Counted from the stretch's first letter, positions 47,913 through 59,083 are shown. The stretch: DNA of 64,000 nt from Ruminococcus flavefaciens (GCF_028725585.1 NZ_JAQYRV010000150.1), one strand, 5' to 3'. Notes: generated by a model from the letters alone, not told the origin. Translations and numbers: made by a program.

Positions 47913-50591
47913 TTACTTTGTAGGGTCAAGAGTTGCTACTTTCTTGAGGAGGAATTCCTGTATGCGGAGTGCGTCATTTGATGTAACGCCCTTGCTTGAA
48001 GTATCAACGTCTGCATTAGCAGAACCCTGTGCTGTGATGTGGTTCTTGTCTGAACCGTTTGCACCGTACTTGTCAGGATTTGCAAGCGACTGCATGATAA
48101 GAACTATATCAGACATATCAACTGTATCATCACAGTTAGCATCACCGTAAAGAGTTACGTTATTTTCGCTGGTTACAGGAGGTGAAGCAGGTCCTACTAC
48201 AGTGATCTCGAAAGTAAATGTCTTGTTGCTCTCAGGAGGTGTTATGTAGACCTCTGTCTTGCCTTGCTTGAGACCTGTAAATGAACCGAATTTACCTTCA
48301 TTAGGATCATACTTAACAATGCTCTCGTCCTTGATCTCAACATCTACTCTGTTTGTGAGCGACTCGTAAACCATAAGCTCAATAGATGTACCCTTACCTA
48401 TTGTTTCTGTAGAAAGGTAAGGTGTCGGATGAGGAACAAAGCCTTCTGTAGTAATAGTTGTTACAGTAGTTGTCTCTGCAGTTGTTGTTGCCTTTGTAGT
48501 TGTAGTAGTTGTCTCTCTTGGCTTTGTAGTTGAAGTTGTTACCTTAGGAGTATCACTGCCTGTGCCGCCGAGACCGTCAGCCTTTGTGCCGTCAGGCTCT
48601 TCGCCGTAGTAAAGCTTGCCGTTTACGTATACAGGTACATAAGGAGTGATAACGCCCTTTGCAGAACCGTCATCGCCCTTGGATGTCTTTCCGAGGTCCT
48701 TAGCGGAGAAGTCGTTTGATGAATCCCAGCCGCTGCCGTAGTCAGGCATTACAAGTGCAAGGAGTATCTCGCACTGCTGCTGTCCCTCAGAAATAGGAAG
48801 AACAACTCTTCCGTCAGGGAGATTTACATCGATATAGTAGATATCGCCGCTGTACTGGATAGGCTTGGATATCTCAGCTGTCTTGTAGCCCTTGCCAGAA
48901 TACATTGCAGACTGGTCACGGTCACAGCGGATAACGATGTCCTCAGGATTTTTGCCCAGAGCCTTTACTTCGCTGAGATCCATGTAGTATCTGAATGAGA
49001 TGTTGTCCTGTACTCTTGCAGGCCATGCTGAATGGTTTGTAACCTTGAAGCTGATAGTCTGTCCGCTTGCGTCGCCGCCCTTTGAGAGCACCTCAACATA
49101 AAACTCAGGTCCGTCATGGACTTCCTTCTGTGGGAAGCTTGGATCCTTAGTTCCGCCGTACTTGTCTACCATCTTGCAGAGCATAGCTGTAAAGCCTGCG
49201 TTATAGTCTGTAGCTACCTCGTTGTTGATGTAGTTCTGACGATCGTCCTTGTAATCACCGCTCTGAGTAGGACCGCCGACCAGTGCACCATAGAGGATAT
49301 GGCGGTTAGTATCTGGAATAGAGAGGTCATTCTTCCATGAACCGTGAGCAGTTCTGTGGTGAGGATTCTTAGTATAGTTATCGCCAAAGCCAACAACGTA
49401 GCTTGAATTTCTTGGGTTATCGCCAAGAGCGTAATTTACCTGAGTTTCAGCGAAATCCTCATACTTTGAAGTGTCAGTGCCCTCAAAGATAGTATCGCTT
49501 GCAACAGTAGCTATGAAAGCAGCTGCGTTAGCGTAACGGAGGCAGCCCCATTCGCTGAGCCAGCGGAGACCACCCGGGATTATCTTAGCTTCGTCGCCGT
49601 TCACCCAGCGCTCAACGTGCTTTTTAACGTGAGCAATAGCGCTTGAATCCTTAGTATTTATAGCATAGAGCAGCATACCGCCCTGCATATTATCGTCCCA
49701 GCAGTGACACCAGCCGTAAGCAGGAGTATCGCCTTCACCCAGCATTTTGCCCAGGTTAGGCTTAAATGTTTCAGCATCACTGAGGTATCCCTTATCGCCT
49801 GTAGCGATGTACAGCCAGTTAGCTGCATAGAAAAGCTCGTCATAGAAGTGGCTTGACTGATAGAAGCCCTGAGCATCGCTCTTATTATAAACAGCATCGC
49901 TTGGAGATGTCTTTGCTATCTTATAGATATTTTCTGCGTGTTTAATGTAGTCAGCCTTCTTTGAAGCGTCGATGTCGCCGTCAAGAGCTGCTGCACCTGC
50001 TGCGAGAGCTGCTGCCATTTCACCGAATACAGCTGAACAGCCCTTAGATGCCTTCAGTGCTGCACGAGACTCTGCGATAGAGTGTGAGTTGTCCTCCATA
50101 CCATATTCAAGAAGACCAACAGGACCCCACCATGTGTGGTCGTCCTTACCGATACCTACCTGATAAACGACCTCTGTGCCCTTGTCGCAATCTGCAAGGT
50201 AATCAAGTACGAATTCAAGATTGTTTACGTATGTCTGCTTGAGTCCTGCCTTTTCAAGACCGTCAGGATACTGATAAAGTCCCCATGCAAGCATAGAAGC
50301 TGAATAAGACATAGGAAGATTGAACTTAACGTGGTCACCTGCATCGTACCAGCCGCCGAGAACAGGATCCTGCATTGAGGAATCCGACTTCCACTCAACT
50401 CTGTTCCATGATGGCAGCGGACCTGCCTGCTGTGCCTCATAGAAGAACAATGACTTATCAAGAGCATCAACGTAATTGAACTTTCCGTCCGCAGCAGTTG
50501 CTGTGTTCATAACAGCATACGGTGCTGATGACATTACTGATGCTCCCAGCAGAACAGCTGATACTATTCCGCTTGTGATTTTTTTAAGCAT
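47913..50591 (-). CDS. Cellulosomal endoglucanase: GH9 + CBM3c + Thr linker + Ig-like + dockerin
   Basis: Signal peptide, GGWYDAGDHVK, NPHHRTAH, NNEVATDYNA, CBM3c (TNHSAWPAR...FRYYMDLSE), T-rich linker and dockerin GDANCDDTVDMSD...DALRIQEFLL. Confidence 0.95.
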   Translation of the reverse strand: MLKKITSGIVSAVLLGASVMSSAPYAVMNTATAADGKFNYVDALDKSLFFYEAQQAGPLPSWNRVEWKSDSSMQDPVLGGWYDAGDHVKFNLPMSYSASMLAWGLYQYPDGLEKAGLKQTYVNNLEFVLDYLADCDKGTEVVYQVGIGKDDHTWWGPVGLLEYGMEDNSHSIAESRAALKASKGCSAVFGEMAAALAAGAAALDGDIDASKKADYIKHAENIYKIAKTSPSDAVYNKSDAQGFYQSSHFYDELFYAANWLYIATGDKGYLSDAETFKPNLGKMLGEGDTPAYGWCHCWDDNMQGGMLLYAINTKDSSAIAHVKKHVERWVNGDEAKIIPGGLRWLSEWGCLRYANAAAFIATVASDTIFEGTDTSKYEDFAETQVNYALGDNPRNSSYVVGFGDNYTKNPHHRTAHGSWKNDLSIPDTNRHILYGALVGGPTQSGDYKDDRQNYINNEVATDYNAGFTAMLCKMVDKYGGTKDPSFPQKEVHDGPEFYVEVLSKGGDASGQTISFKVTNHSAWPARVQDNISFRYYMDLSEVKALGKNPEDIVIRCDRDQSAMYSGKGYKTAEISKPIQYSGDIYYIDVNLPDGRVVLPISEGQQQCEILLALVMPDYGSGWDSSNDFSAKDLGKTSKGDDGSAKGVITPYVPVYVNGKLYYGEEPDGTKADGLGGTGSDTPKVTTSTTKPRETTTTTTKATTTAETTTVTTITTEGFVPHPTPYLSTETIGKGTSIELMVYESLTNRVDVEIKDESIVKYDPNEGKFGSFTGLKQGKTEVYITPPESNKTFTFEITVVGPASPPVTSENNVTLYGDANCDDTVDMSDIVLIMQSLANPDKYGANGSDKNHITAQGSANADVDTSSKGVTSNDALRIQEFLLKKVATLDPTK

Positions 50592-50668
50592 AGTAAAACT
50601 CTCCTCTCATTTTTAATTGCCTTGTAAAAACAAAGCTCCTCACGAGTATACATAGCTATACAACATAA

Positions 50669-50697
50669 ATTATGCCATATTATCGCTGAAATGTCAA
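50669..50697 (-). promoter_or_regulatory. Promoter of the GH9 gene
   Basis: TTGACA (50697-50692), 17 bp spacer, CATAAT (50674-50669), with TGn. Confidence 0.7.
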
Positions 50698-50839
50698 GTG
50701 CAGAGAGGCCGCAAAACAGCGATATATAGTCAAAAAGGCTTATATTTTATCACAATAGCCAATTTCATAACAGTTATTTTGTGAAAGCTGACAATACCGT
50801 TCCGCCTTCCTTGCTATTCAATTTAAACAGTGATATAAT

Positions 50840-51805
50840 ATGATTACAATTTGTGGTATAGGGGGTATGACCGTGAAAAAATTTTTAAAGCTCATTCCTG
50901 CAATTTTACTTACGCTGTGCATATTCATAATTCCGCTGGAGACTCGTGCGGATTTCGGTGACTTTGCAGGCGATTCCGATTATGATTACGACAGCGGCTG
51001 GGATAGCGGCTGGGACGACGATGATGACTGGGACAGCGATGACGATTATGACAGCGGCGGTAATTACTATTCAGGCGGAAGCAGTCATCACAGCAGCGGC
51101 GGCGACACCGACTTATCTGAAATTGTTTTTGTGGGTATGATCATTATCTGGATCGTATTGTATACAACCAGAGCGGCAAAGCGCAGCGGTAAGAATGCGG
51201 GAAGAAGAGTGAACTCTCGTCCTGTAAACAGGCTCAATAGTATCTATCAGTATCTTAATATTGACCCGAATTTCTCGACCTATGACTTCCAGCAGAAGGT
51301 GTCAAATCTCTACGTCCGCTTCCAGAAAGAATGGCAGAATAAGAACATCGAACCGCTCAGACCTTACATGACGGGTGCTATGTTCGGTCAGATGAACAGC
51401 CAGCTCGACAATTATCGCAGAAATAATCAGACCAATCATATCGAACGTATATCTGTTCTTGATACCGACATACTCGGCTGGAAACAGGAAAACGGTTATG
51501 ATATCATCATAGTCAAGCTCAATACAAGAATAGTCGATTACGTTACAGATGATTACACAGGTCAGGTTATCCGCGGCAGTGCCACAAAGGAAAAGTTCAT
51601 GACATATGAATGGACTCTCGTCCGCACTACAGGCGTAACTACCGCAAGATCCACAGGCACTACATCTCAGATATGCCCATACTGCGGCGCTCATGTCGAT
51701 ATCAATCAGAACAGCGTATGCGAATACTGCGGCTCCGTTCTCACTACAGATACCTTTGACTGGGCTGTAAGCAATATCAAGGGAATATCTCAGCATACGA
51801 AATAA
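50840..51805 (+). CDS. Tim44-like domain membrane protein with C-terminal zinc ribbon
   Basis: Signal, D/Y/W/G-rich segment, TM, DPNFS..F, YEWTLVR and CPYCG...CEYCG. True start is probably near 50867. Confidence 0.8.
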   Translation: MITICGIGGMTVKKFLKLIPAILLTLCIFIIPLETRADFGDFAGDSDYDYDSGWDSGWDDDDDWDSDDDYDSGGNYYSGGSSHHSSGGDTDLSEIVFVGMIIIWIVLYTTRAAKRSGKNAGRRVNSRPVNRLNSIYQYLNIDPNFSTYDFQQKVSNLYVRFQKEWQNKNIEPLRPYMTGAMFGQMNSQLDNYRRNNQTNHIERISVLDTDILGWKQENGYDIIIVKLNTRIVDYVTDDYTGQVIRGSATKEKFMTYEWTLVRTTGVTTARSTGTTSQICPYCGAHVDINQNSVCEYCGSVLTTDTFDWAVSNIKGISQHTK

Positions 51806-51855
51806 AAATCACGGGCTTCCGATAGCGTTTCGGAAGCCCTTATTCGGAGGAAAAG

Positions 51856-52539
51856 ATGAAAGGACATTTACTAATCTGTGACACTGCTCCGGAGCTTGGA
51901 GGGGTTTTGTCACGCAGATTTATGAATATGGGAATACTGGCGGAATGCTGTAAATACTCACTGCCGATCATACAAAATGTACTTGCCGACAGTGATATAT
52001 CAGGTATACTAATATTCTCATTCTCCGCTGACGAAGCGCTTATGGAATTCATCAGGAATAACCAAAAATACGGAAGAAAAGTCTTTGTCGGACTTTATAA
52101 TATGACCTCTTCTGCACACGAACTTTACTTGGAAGCAGGCGCTGTGCGCTGTTTCGCAATGCCCTGCTCATTCAGCAATATCTGCCGAACTGTTATGCTT
52201 CTCATAGACTCAGACGAAAGCGATCTCACTCAGCTTGAAATCTTCATGGAAGAGCTTGGATTTTCACGCAGACTAAAGGGCTTTTATTATCTCGCAAAAG
52301 CGGCAGAAATAGCACTTTCCGATCCCGAAAGGCTGTGGGGCGGAATGACCGGTATTTATGAAGAGGTAGCACAGCATTACTCAACAAAAGCTTCTCTCGT
52401 AGAAAGAGCTATAAGAAATCTCTCGGCTCATGTCTGTGAAAGCGGTGTTTCCGCTAAGCTCACAAATCACACACTCACAGCCAAGATGAACAACACAGAA
52501 CTTATCTGCGCCCTATGTGACAGGTTCAACCGTTTATAA
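51856..52539 (+). CDS. Spo0A C-terminal-domain protein with degenerate receiver domain
   Basis: LGFSRRLKGFYYL...IYEEVAQHYSTKASLVERAIRN resembles the Spo0A DNA-binding domain. The receiver part lacks the acidic site. Confidence 0.7.
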   Translation: MKGHLLICDTAPELGGVLSRRFMNMGILAECCKYSLPIIQNVLADSDISGILIFSFSADEALMEFIRNNQKYGRKVFVGLYNMTSSAHELYLEAGAVRCFAMPCSFSNICRTVMLLIDSDESDLTQLEIFMEELGFSRRLKGFYYLAKAAEIALSDPERLWGGMTGIYEEVAQHYSTKASLVERAIRNLSAHVCESGVSAKLTNHTLTAKMNNTELICALCDRFNRL

Positions 52540-52612
52540 AAAAGCAAAAATATACTCCATGTAAAAAATATAACGAAATAAGCTCACAAATTCAAAAAAT
52601 AGCAATTTTTGA

Positions 52613-52641
52613 TTGACATTTTCGCTGATCTGAGTTATAAT
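52613..52641 (+). promoter_or_regulatory. Promoter of the RR-HK-htrA operon
   Basis: TTGACA (52613-52618), 17 bp spacer, TATAAT (52636-52641). Confidence 0.8.
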
Positions 52642-52684
52642 TATCTTAATATAATGTTTAATACGGAAGGAAGGTATTAACAAA

Positions 52685-53392
52685 ATGGCTAACGAAAAAA
52701 ACCCAAAAGTCCTTATAGTAGATGACGATAAAAACATATGCGATCTTCTCAGACTCTACCTCGAAAAAGACGGTTACAGTGTCCTTCTCTGCCACGACGG
52801 TGACGATGCTGTTGTAAAATTCAAAGCTTTAAGCCCGGATATGGTTCTTCTTGATATAATGCTTCCCGGAAAGGACGGCTGGCAGGTATGCCGTGAGATC
52901 AGAAAGATCTCAAATGTTCCGATCATCATGATCACTGCAAAGGGTGAAACGATCGATAAGGTCATCGGTCTTGAACTCGGTGCCGACGATTATATCGTAA
53001 AGCCATTTGATGCTAAGGAAGTTATCGCTCGTATCAACGCCGTTACACGCCGTGTGGGTACCGGTATGGCTGAGCCTGAATCAAAGGAAGTTCATTACGA
53101 TAAGCTCTCTGTAAATATGGACAGCTATGAGCTTAAAGTAAACGGCAAAAATATCGATACTCCGCCTAAGGAGCTTGAACTTCTCTATTACCTTGCTTCT
53201 AATCCCAACAGAGTTTATACCCGTGATCAGCTCCTCGATGAAGTATGGGGATTTGAGTATTACGGAGACTCAAGAACTATTGACGTTCATATCAAGCGCC
53301 TCAGAGAAAAGCTTGAGGGAGTTTCCGATAAATGGACTCTTAAAACGGTATGGGGTGTTGGATATAAATTTGAGGCTGACGAAGAGGAATAA
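52685..53392 (+). CDS. OmpR/PhoB-family response regulator
   Basis: VDDD, LLDIMLP, GADDYIVKPF, and wHTH SRTIDVHIKRLREK...TVWGVGY. Confidence 0.97.
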   Translation: MANEKNPKVLIVDDDKNICDLLRLYLEKDGYSVLLCHDGDDAVVKFKALSPDMVLLDIMLPGKDGWQVCREIRKISNVPIIMITAKGETIDKVIGLELGADDYIVKPFDAKEVIARINAVTRRVGTGMAEPESKEVHYDKLSVNMDSYELKVNGKNIDTPPKELELLYYLASNPNRVYTRDQLLDEVWGFEYYGDSRTIDVHIKRLREKLEGVSDKWTLKTVWGVGYKFEADEEE

Positions 53393-53459
53393 GTTCTCAT
53401 ATATTCCAAACTATCAAGGGGACTTTTTGTCCCCTTATTTTGTATTGAGGTGATCCCGC

Positions 53460-54926
53460 TTGAAAACCAAAAAAAGCTCTTATGACAAGCTTTTTATATT
53501 TCTGATATTTATAGTCGTGTCGGTAAATATAGTTATCGGTGTCATAATTACTACTGTAAGCTCATGGCTTTACAGGTCATCAAAGCTTGATGATCTTCAG
53601 TCTATAGGTGATCTGTTTATAAGCTGTATGCAGGACAATTATGCCGAAACACGCAATACACGTTCAGAAGCTGTAAAGACACTGCATAATAAATTTTCAA
53701 GCAAGTATCACCTGATGATCTATATTTACGATGAAAACGGCAACTGTGTACTCTCAGATGCCGACTATAAAGATAAACCGAAAAAAGTCGTAAAAAACAG
53801 CGAAAGAATATCCGATGCGGAAATGAAAAGTCTTGACAGCCATGACTATCTCGATCTTGAAACAAAGAGCATATCTGCAAATGAACCGTATATGCTCTAT
53901 GGAAGCTGTTTTTTCCTCAAAGGCTCGGGCGACATTGTGCCTATGCGAATGTACGCAAAGGTATACGGCAAATCAAACTCAATGAATTCATTCGTGCTGA
54001 AAACAGCTTTGCTCTATACCCTGCTTTGTGTCTTGAGCATAATCATACAGCTTTTGCTTATAAGGCGCAGATTTAACAAGCTATCGGAATATGAAACGAT
54101 CTTCCGCAGGATCTCGGAACAGTATGCTAAGCGAGACTTCTCCGAAGCTATCCCCACAAATGTTCCCTATACCTCTTCCGAGATAGCTGACTATGTCAAC
54201 GCTGTTGCCGCTGACGTTGCAAAAAGTGAAGAAACAAGCAAGACCTTTATCGCTAATGTTTCTCATGAGCTGAGAACGCCTATAACTACTATCGGCGGAT
54301 TTGTTGACGGTATCCTTGACGGAACTATCCCTAAGGGCAGACAAAATGAATACCTTGTACTTGTATCAAAGGAGATAAAGCGTCTGCGCATACTTATATC
54401 ATCCATGCTCAATATGTCAAGGTTTGAGACAGGTACTCTCAGACCGAATTTCCGCGACGTGAACCTTACAGAAATAGTTATCCAGACCGTTCTCATGTTT
54501 GAGAAAAAAATAGAGGATAAAAACCTCGAAGTTGAAGGTCTCGGAAGCGAGCGCATGACAGCAGAGGTAGACGCAGACCTGCTTCAGCAGGTTATCTATA
54601 ATCTCGTGGAAAACGCTGTAAAATTCATAGACAACGGCGGTACACTTTCATTCCGCTTTGAACGTTCTGTAAACGGTATGTGCACCATAGGCATAAAGAA
54701 TACCGGTGAAGGACTCAAAAATGACGAGATCACTCAGGTTTTTGACAGGTTTTATAAGACAGACTCTTCACGAGGCAAGGACACAACAGGTCTTGGTCTC
54801 GGACTTGCGATCTCGCGTAAGATCGTTCATCTCCACCACGGTCACATCGTTGTAAAGAGCGTGTACGGAGAATACACGGAATTTCTCATTCAGCTGCCCG
54901 AAAAACAGCCTAAAGCGAAAGGATAA
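53460..54926 (+). CDS. Sensor histidine kinase
   Basis: Two TMs, H-box NVSHELRTP, N-box NLVENAVKF, FDRFY and GLGLGL. Confidence 0.95.
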   Translation: MKTKKSSYDKLFIFLIFIVVSVNIVIGVIITTVSSWLYRSSKLDDLQSIGDLFISCMQDNYAETRNTRSEAVKTLHNKFSSKYHLMIYIYDENGNCVLSDADYKDKPKKVVKNSERISDAEMKSLDSHDYLDLETKSISANEPYMLYGSCFFLKGSGDIVPMRMYAKVYGKSNSMNSFVLKTALLYTLLCVLSIIIQLLLIRRRFNKLSEYETIFRRISEQYAKRDFSEAIPTNVPYTSSEIADYVNAVAADVAKSEETSKTFIANVSHELRTPITTIGGFVDGILDGTIPKGRQNEYLVLVSKEIKRLRILISSMLNMSRFETGTLRPNFRDVNLTEIVIQTVLMFEKKIEDKNLEVEGLGSERMTAEVDADLLQQVIYNLVENAVKFIDNGGTLSFRFERSVNGMCTIGIKNTGEGLKNDEITQVFDRFYKTDSSRGKDTTGLGLGLAISRKIVHLHHGHIVVKSVYGEYTEFLIQLPEKQPKAKG

Positions 54927-54929
54927 ACA

Positions 54930-56522
54930 ATGGACGAAAGAGATAATATTTATGGTGCTGACAGCGGAGAAAATTCTTCTTCACAGCAGCCGTATACTCC
55001 TCAGCATGAAAGACCTGCCGCAGATCAAAGTGTCAACAGCGGTATGCCAAATACAGATCAGCGCTACGGTTATTCAAATAACACACCGCCGCCTCAGCGA
55101 AACCCTTACGGTCAGATGAGAGGAGGCTACTCTCAGCCGCAGAATAACTATAATAACGGTTATAACAACGGCTACGGACAGCGTCCGCAGCAAGGTATGT
55201 ACGGTCAGCAGCCTAACTATAATCAGCCGCGCAGACCTGTATACGACCAGTTCATGTATGAACCGCTCGGCTTTGAAGAGCTTGATCGCTCACAGAACGG
55301 CAGCCCTGACCAGTTCGGAAACGGATTTGATCAGCCGCGCCGTCCAAAAGGACAATCAGCTGTACTGATACTGTTCGTTATCCTTGTTATAGTTTCTATA
55401 CTCTTAGCTGTATTCGGTATCGTCTTTGATATCATGAACAGCGACAAGATCGTTGACAAGATCGGCTCTCCTAAGCAGGTCGTGCTGTATAAGGAGTCAA
55501 AGCCTGCTGGTGCTAATGACGAGGAAAAATACAAGGACGAAAGCGGCAGATATACGCCGGAAGGAGCTGCTGCTCTTGTTAAGCCTTCTATCGTTAAGAT
55601 ATACACCTATAAGAATTACGCCAACTTTACATCAAAGCATACCCTCGGAACAGGCTCCGGCATTGTCCTCAATGAGGACGGCTATATCGCTACAAATGCC
55701 CATGTTCTCGAAGCTGAGGGATATCACGTAGTCGAGACTGTTGACGGCATGACATACGACGCTAAGGTCATAGGCAGAGATGCAAAGACTGATATAGCCG
55801 TTGTAAAGATAAACGCTGAGGGACTCAAACCTGCTGTTCTCGGTAACTCAGATGAAGCTGTAGTCGGCGAACAGGTCATCGCTATCGGCAACCCAGCAAA
55901 CCTTGCAAGCACCGTAACAGACGGTATCGTTTCCGCTGTAAACAGAAAGATAAGCAGTGACTCTACAGGCTTTGAAATGGACTGTATACAGACAAATGCC
56001 GATATAAGTCCCGGTAACTCAGGCGGTGCGCTTGTAAATATGTACGGTCAGGTAATAGGCATCACATCTTCAAAGTACGTAAGTGCAGAATTTGAAGGTC
56101 TCGGCTTTGCTATTACTATAAATGAAGCCACTCCTGTTATCGAAGAACTTATCAAAAACGGCTATGTGGGCGGACGCTTCAAGATAGGCATACAGCTCTA
56201 TGACATGAGTTCACAGGGCAATATCGATAAAATACAGGAAGAGCTTGGTTTTGATCTTCCTAAAGACTTCAAGGGCGTTTACATCATCAAGATCGAAAAA
56301 GACTTTGATATCGCCAACACCGATCTCAAGGAAGGCGACTTTATCACCGCTATCAACGGCAAGACTGTAAGCACCTACCATGAGCTTTACGATACAATAA
56401 GCAGTCAGTATCAGGCAGGCGATAAAGTACCTGCTACCTGCGCCCACATTGATAAAGACGGAAATGTTTCATATTATGATATTGAATTCAAGCTTGTTGA
56501 AGATAAATCAGGCAATTATTGA
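54930..56522 (+). CDS. htrA: HtrA-family serine protease with PDZ domain
   Basis: Q/Y/N/P-rich N-terminus, TM, catalytic TNAHV / TDIAV / GNSGG and a C-terminal PDZ. Confidence 0.95.
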   Translation: MDERDNIYGADSGENSSSQQPYTPQHERPAADQSVNSGMPNTDQRYGYSNNTPPPQRNPYGQMRGGYSQPQNNYNNGYNNGYGQRPQQGMYGQQPNYNQPRRPVYDQFMYEPLGFEELDRSQNGSPDQFGNGFDQPRRPKGQSAVLILFVILVIVSILLAVFGIVFDIMNSDKIVDKIGSPKQVVLYKESKPAGANDEEKYKDESGRYTPEGAAALVKPSIVKIYTYKNYANFTSKHTLGTGSGIVLNEDGYIATNAHVLEAEGYHVVETVDGMTYDAKVIGRDAKTDIAVVKINAEGLKPAVLGNSDEAVVGEQVIAIGNPANLASTVTDGIVSAVNRKISSDSTGFEMDCIQTNADISPGNSGGALVNMYGQVIGITSSKYVSAEFEGLGFAITINEATPVIEELIKNGYVGGRFKIGIQLYDMSSQGNIDKIQEELGFDLPKDFKGVYIIKIEKDFDIANTDLKEGDFITAINGKTVSTYHELYDTISSQYQAGDKVPATCAHIDKDGNVSYYDIEFKLVEDKSGNY

Positions 56523-56917
56523 TCCCACAGCTTCTTAGGACGCTTTGAATTGACACCTGCAACTCCCCCTGCTGCTCCAAAAACGGACAGCAGGAGGAGC
56601 TTTTTTATTCCCACGGGGTGACCAATAACGATAATACCAATTGAAGAGATCACCGCATATATGAAAACACCGCAGAAAGTTCCGCAGAATAGTCCTTTTC
56701 TTCGCCTGTATTTGCCGTAAACAAAACCGCTGATATAAGCTCCCAGTGCAATTGCTCCGCCTGTAAGCGCCCTTGTCAGTCTGATATCCTTCAGCACAAA
56801 GAATATGAGTGTAGTCGATAATACTATCCCCGCTGCCATGCTGACCATGCCGAGTATAACAGACAGCATCATACTGAATACAGGGCTTGACCACAGGCTT
56901 TTCCTATGTCTGCGCAT
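56516..56917 (-). CDS. Four-TM membrane protein (TIGR04086-like)
   Basis: GAYISGFVYG...KGLFCG...GAAGGVAGVN pattern. Confidence 0.65.
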   Translation of the reverse strand: MRRHRKSLWSSPVFSMMLSVILGMVSMAAGIVLSTTLIFFVLKDIRLTRALTGGAIALGAYISGFVYGKYRRRKGLFCGTFCGVFIYAVISSIGIIVIGHPVGIKKLLLLSVFGAAGGVAGVNSKRPKKLWDQ

Positions 56918-56969
56918 AAAAAACCTCCGCTTTCGAATTATTACTAATTCTATGCGGAGGTCTTATTAT

Positions 56970-57527
56970 TTATTCGTCAGCTTTATCCTTTTTCTTTGAC
57001 TTCTTATCATCGTCATCATCAACAACTGCTGCTGATTCAACTGTAGAAGACTGCTTTCCGGCAGCCTTTGCTTCCCTGATACGCTCAGCAGCCGTAACAT
57101 TCTCTGTAATTGCCCAGTTCTTTATTCTGAGCTTGTGCTTAGCACCGCCTGTCTCAATAACGACTGTATCCTCGCCAACGCTTACTACGATACCAACGAT
57201 ACCGCCGCCTGTAACTACCTCATCACCGACCTGTAAGCTCTCCTGCATTTCTTTAAGCTCTTTGTCGCGCTTTTTCTGAGGTCTTATAGCCATAAAATAG
57301 AGCAATACGAACATTACAACAAGCATCAGAGGCATTGTAAGAAGGCTTCCCATGCTTGCCTGCTGCTGTCCGTTTGCATTGGCTGTCTGTTCAGCCGCCT
57401 CCTCAGCAAACGCGCTCATTGCTGTATATCCAGCCGCAACAGCTGTTGTTACACCAGCTGTAAGGGATACGATAAACTTTCTTATTTTCATATACTTATT
57501 CTCCAATCGTTTTGATTTGTATTTCAT
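56970..57527 (-). CDS. yajC: Preprotein translocase subunit YajC with N-terminal extension
   Basis: LYFMAIRPQKKR...LQVGDEVVTGGGIVG. Confidence 0.9.
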   Translation of the reverse strand: MKYKSKRLENKYMKIRKFIVSLTAGVTTAVAAGYTAMSAFAEEAAEQTANANGQQQASMGSLLTMPLMLVVMFVLLYFMAIRPQKKRDKELKEMQESLQVGDEVVTGGGIVGIVVSVGEDTVVIETGGAKHKLRIKNWAITENVTAAERIREAKAAGKQSSTVESAAVVDDDDDKKSKKKDKADE

Positions 57528-57611
57528 ACGATGTATATTATATCATATCCAAGATTTTTTTTCAAGTACTTTCAGGCGATTTTCCGTATTTTTTTATTAC
57601 CTGTAATACAG

Positions 57612-57640
57612 AAAAGCCGCTCCCTTTCGGGAACGGCTCT
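57612..57640 (-). terminator. Terminator of the alpha operon
   Basis: AGCCG-C-TCCC-4 nt-GGGA-A-CGGCT, followed by TTTCT on the minus strand. Confidence 0.7.
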
Positions 57641-57658
57641 TTAGTTGAATATCTGCGA

Positions 57659-58000
57659 TCAAACGAGCTTGATGATAGCCATTTCAGCAGCGTCACCACG
57701 GCGAGGACCGATCTTTACGATCTGTGTGTAACCACCGTTCTTATCAGCATACTTTGGAGCGATCTCGTCGAAAACCTTCTTTGCAACGGACTCCTTAGTG
57801 ATGTATGAATATACCTGACGCTTGGAGTGCAGATCATCATTTTTACCGATAGTGATCATTTTTTCTGCAACTGCACGTACTTCCTTAGCTCTTGTTACGG
57901 TAGTTTCGATCTGACCGTTCTCAAGCAGGAAAGTTACCATGCCTCTGAGCATAGCCTTTCTATGATCAGATGTTCTGCCCAGCTTTCTTGTACCCGGCAT
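57659..58000 (-). CDS. rplQ: 50S ribosomal protein L17
   Basis: [33 protein letters not shown]. Start at ATG 58000 (GGAG). Confidence 0.98.
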   Translation of the reverse strand: MPGTRKLGRTSDHRKAMLRGMVTFLLENGQIETTVTRAKEVRAVAEKMITIGKNDDLHSKRQVYSYITKESVAKKVFDEIAPKYADKNGGYTQIVKIGPRRGDAAEMAIIKLV

Positions 58001-58048
58001 TGTATTCACTCCTTTTTATAGTTGTGCGCTGTACGCACGTTTTATGGT

Positions 58049-59014
58049 TTATTCCTCTTCAGATGAGAGCTCAAAGCCCAGTGACTGGAGCTTTTCCTTA
58101 ACCTCATCGAAGGACTTCTTTCCAAGGTTTCTAACCTTCATCATTTCTTCCTCTGACTTATTGATCAAGTCATCCACGGTATTGATTCCTGCACGCTTCA
58201 GACAATTGAATGAACGTACAGATAAGTCAAGATCCTCAATGGTCATCTCAAGGATTTTTTCCTTACCCTTCTCGCCCTTTTCAACAAGGACCTCAGCAAG
58301 TCCAGCCTCTTCTGAGAGGTCGATGAACAGCTTCAGATGCTCGTTGAGGAGATTGGCTGCCTGTGATAAAGCTTCCTTTGCTGAGATAGTACCGTCGGTC
58401 CATACCTCCATTGTAAGCTTATCATAGTCTGTGACCTGACCGAGTCGTGTATCCTCTACGGTATAATTAACCTTAAGAACAGGAGTATAGATGCTGTCTA
58501 CAGCTATCACATCAACAGGGAGGTTGATCTGCTTTTTGTTTCTTTCTGCTGAAACATAGCCTCTTCCTCTGTCGATTGTGATCTCCATATAGAGCTTAGC
58601 GTCCTTGCCAAGTGTTGCAATGTGCATACCGGGATCAAGGATGTTGACCTCTGAATCGGTCTTGATATCACCTGCTGTGATCTCACATTCGCCCTCTGCT
58701 TCTATATATACTGTCTTTGGGCCTTCTCCGTAGAGTTTAGCCGTCAGTCCTTTAATACTGAGGATTATTTCCGTAACGTCTTCTTTTACGCCCGGAATAG
58801 TTGACAACTCATGGTGAACTGTACCATCCTTGCCCGAAAGCTTTACAGATGTTACAGCCACACCAGGAAGTGAGGAGAGCAGCACACGTCTGAGGCTGTT
58901 TCCAAGTGTAATACCGTATCCACGCTCCAGCGGTGCTAAAACGAATTTGCCGTATTTGCCGTCACTTTTAAGCTCGACAATATCAATATCAGGCTTATTA
59001 ATTTTTTCCAGCAT
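58049..59014 (-). CDS. rpoA: RNA polymerase alpha subunit
   Basis: [50 protein letters not shown]. Confidence 0.99.
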   Translation of the reverse strand: MLEKINKPDIDIVELKSDGKYGKFVLAPLERGYGITLGNSLRRVLLSSLPGVAVTSVKLSGKDGTVHHELSTIPGVKEDVTEIILSIKGLTAKLYGEGPKTVYIEAEGECEITAGDIKTDSEVNILDPGMHIATLGKDAKLYMEITIDRGRGYVSAERNKKQINLPVDVIAVDSIYTPVLKVNYTVEDTRLGQVTDYDKLTMEVWTDGTISAKEALSQAANLLNEHLKLFIDLSEEAGLAEVLVEKGEKGKEKILEMTIEDLDLSVRSFNCLKRAGINTVDDLINKSEEEMMKVRNLGKKSFDEVKEKLQSLGFELSSEEE

Positions 59015-59083
59015 AAAAACCCTCCTATTTCGCGATTAATGTTGTTTTTTATCACTGAATCTTCAAGCAGATCCGTATTCGGA

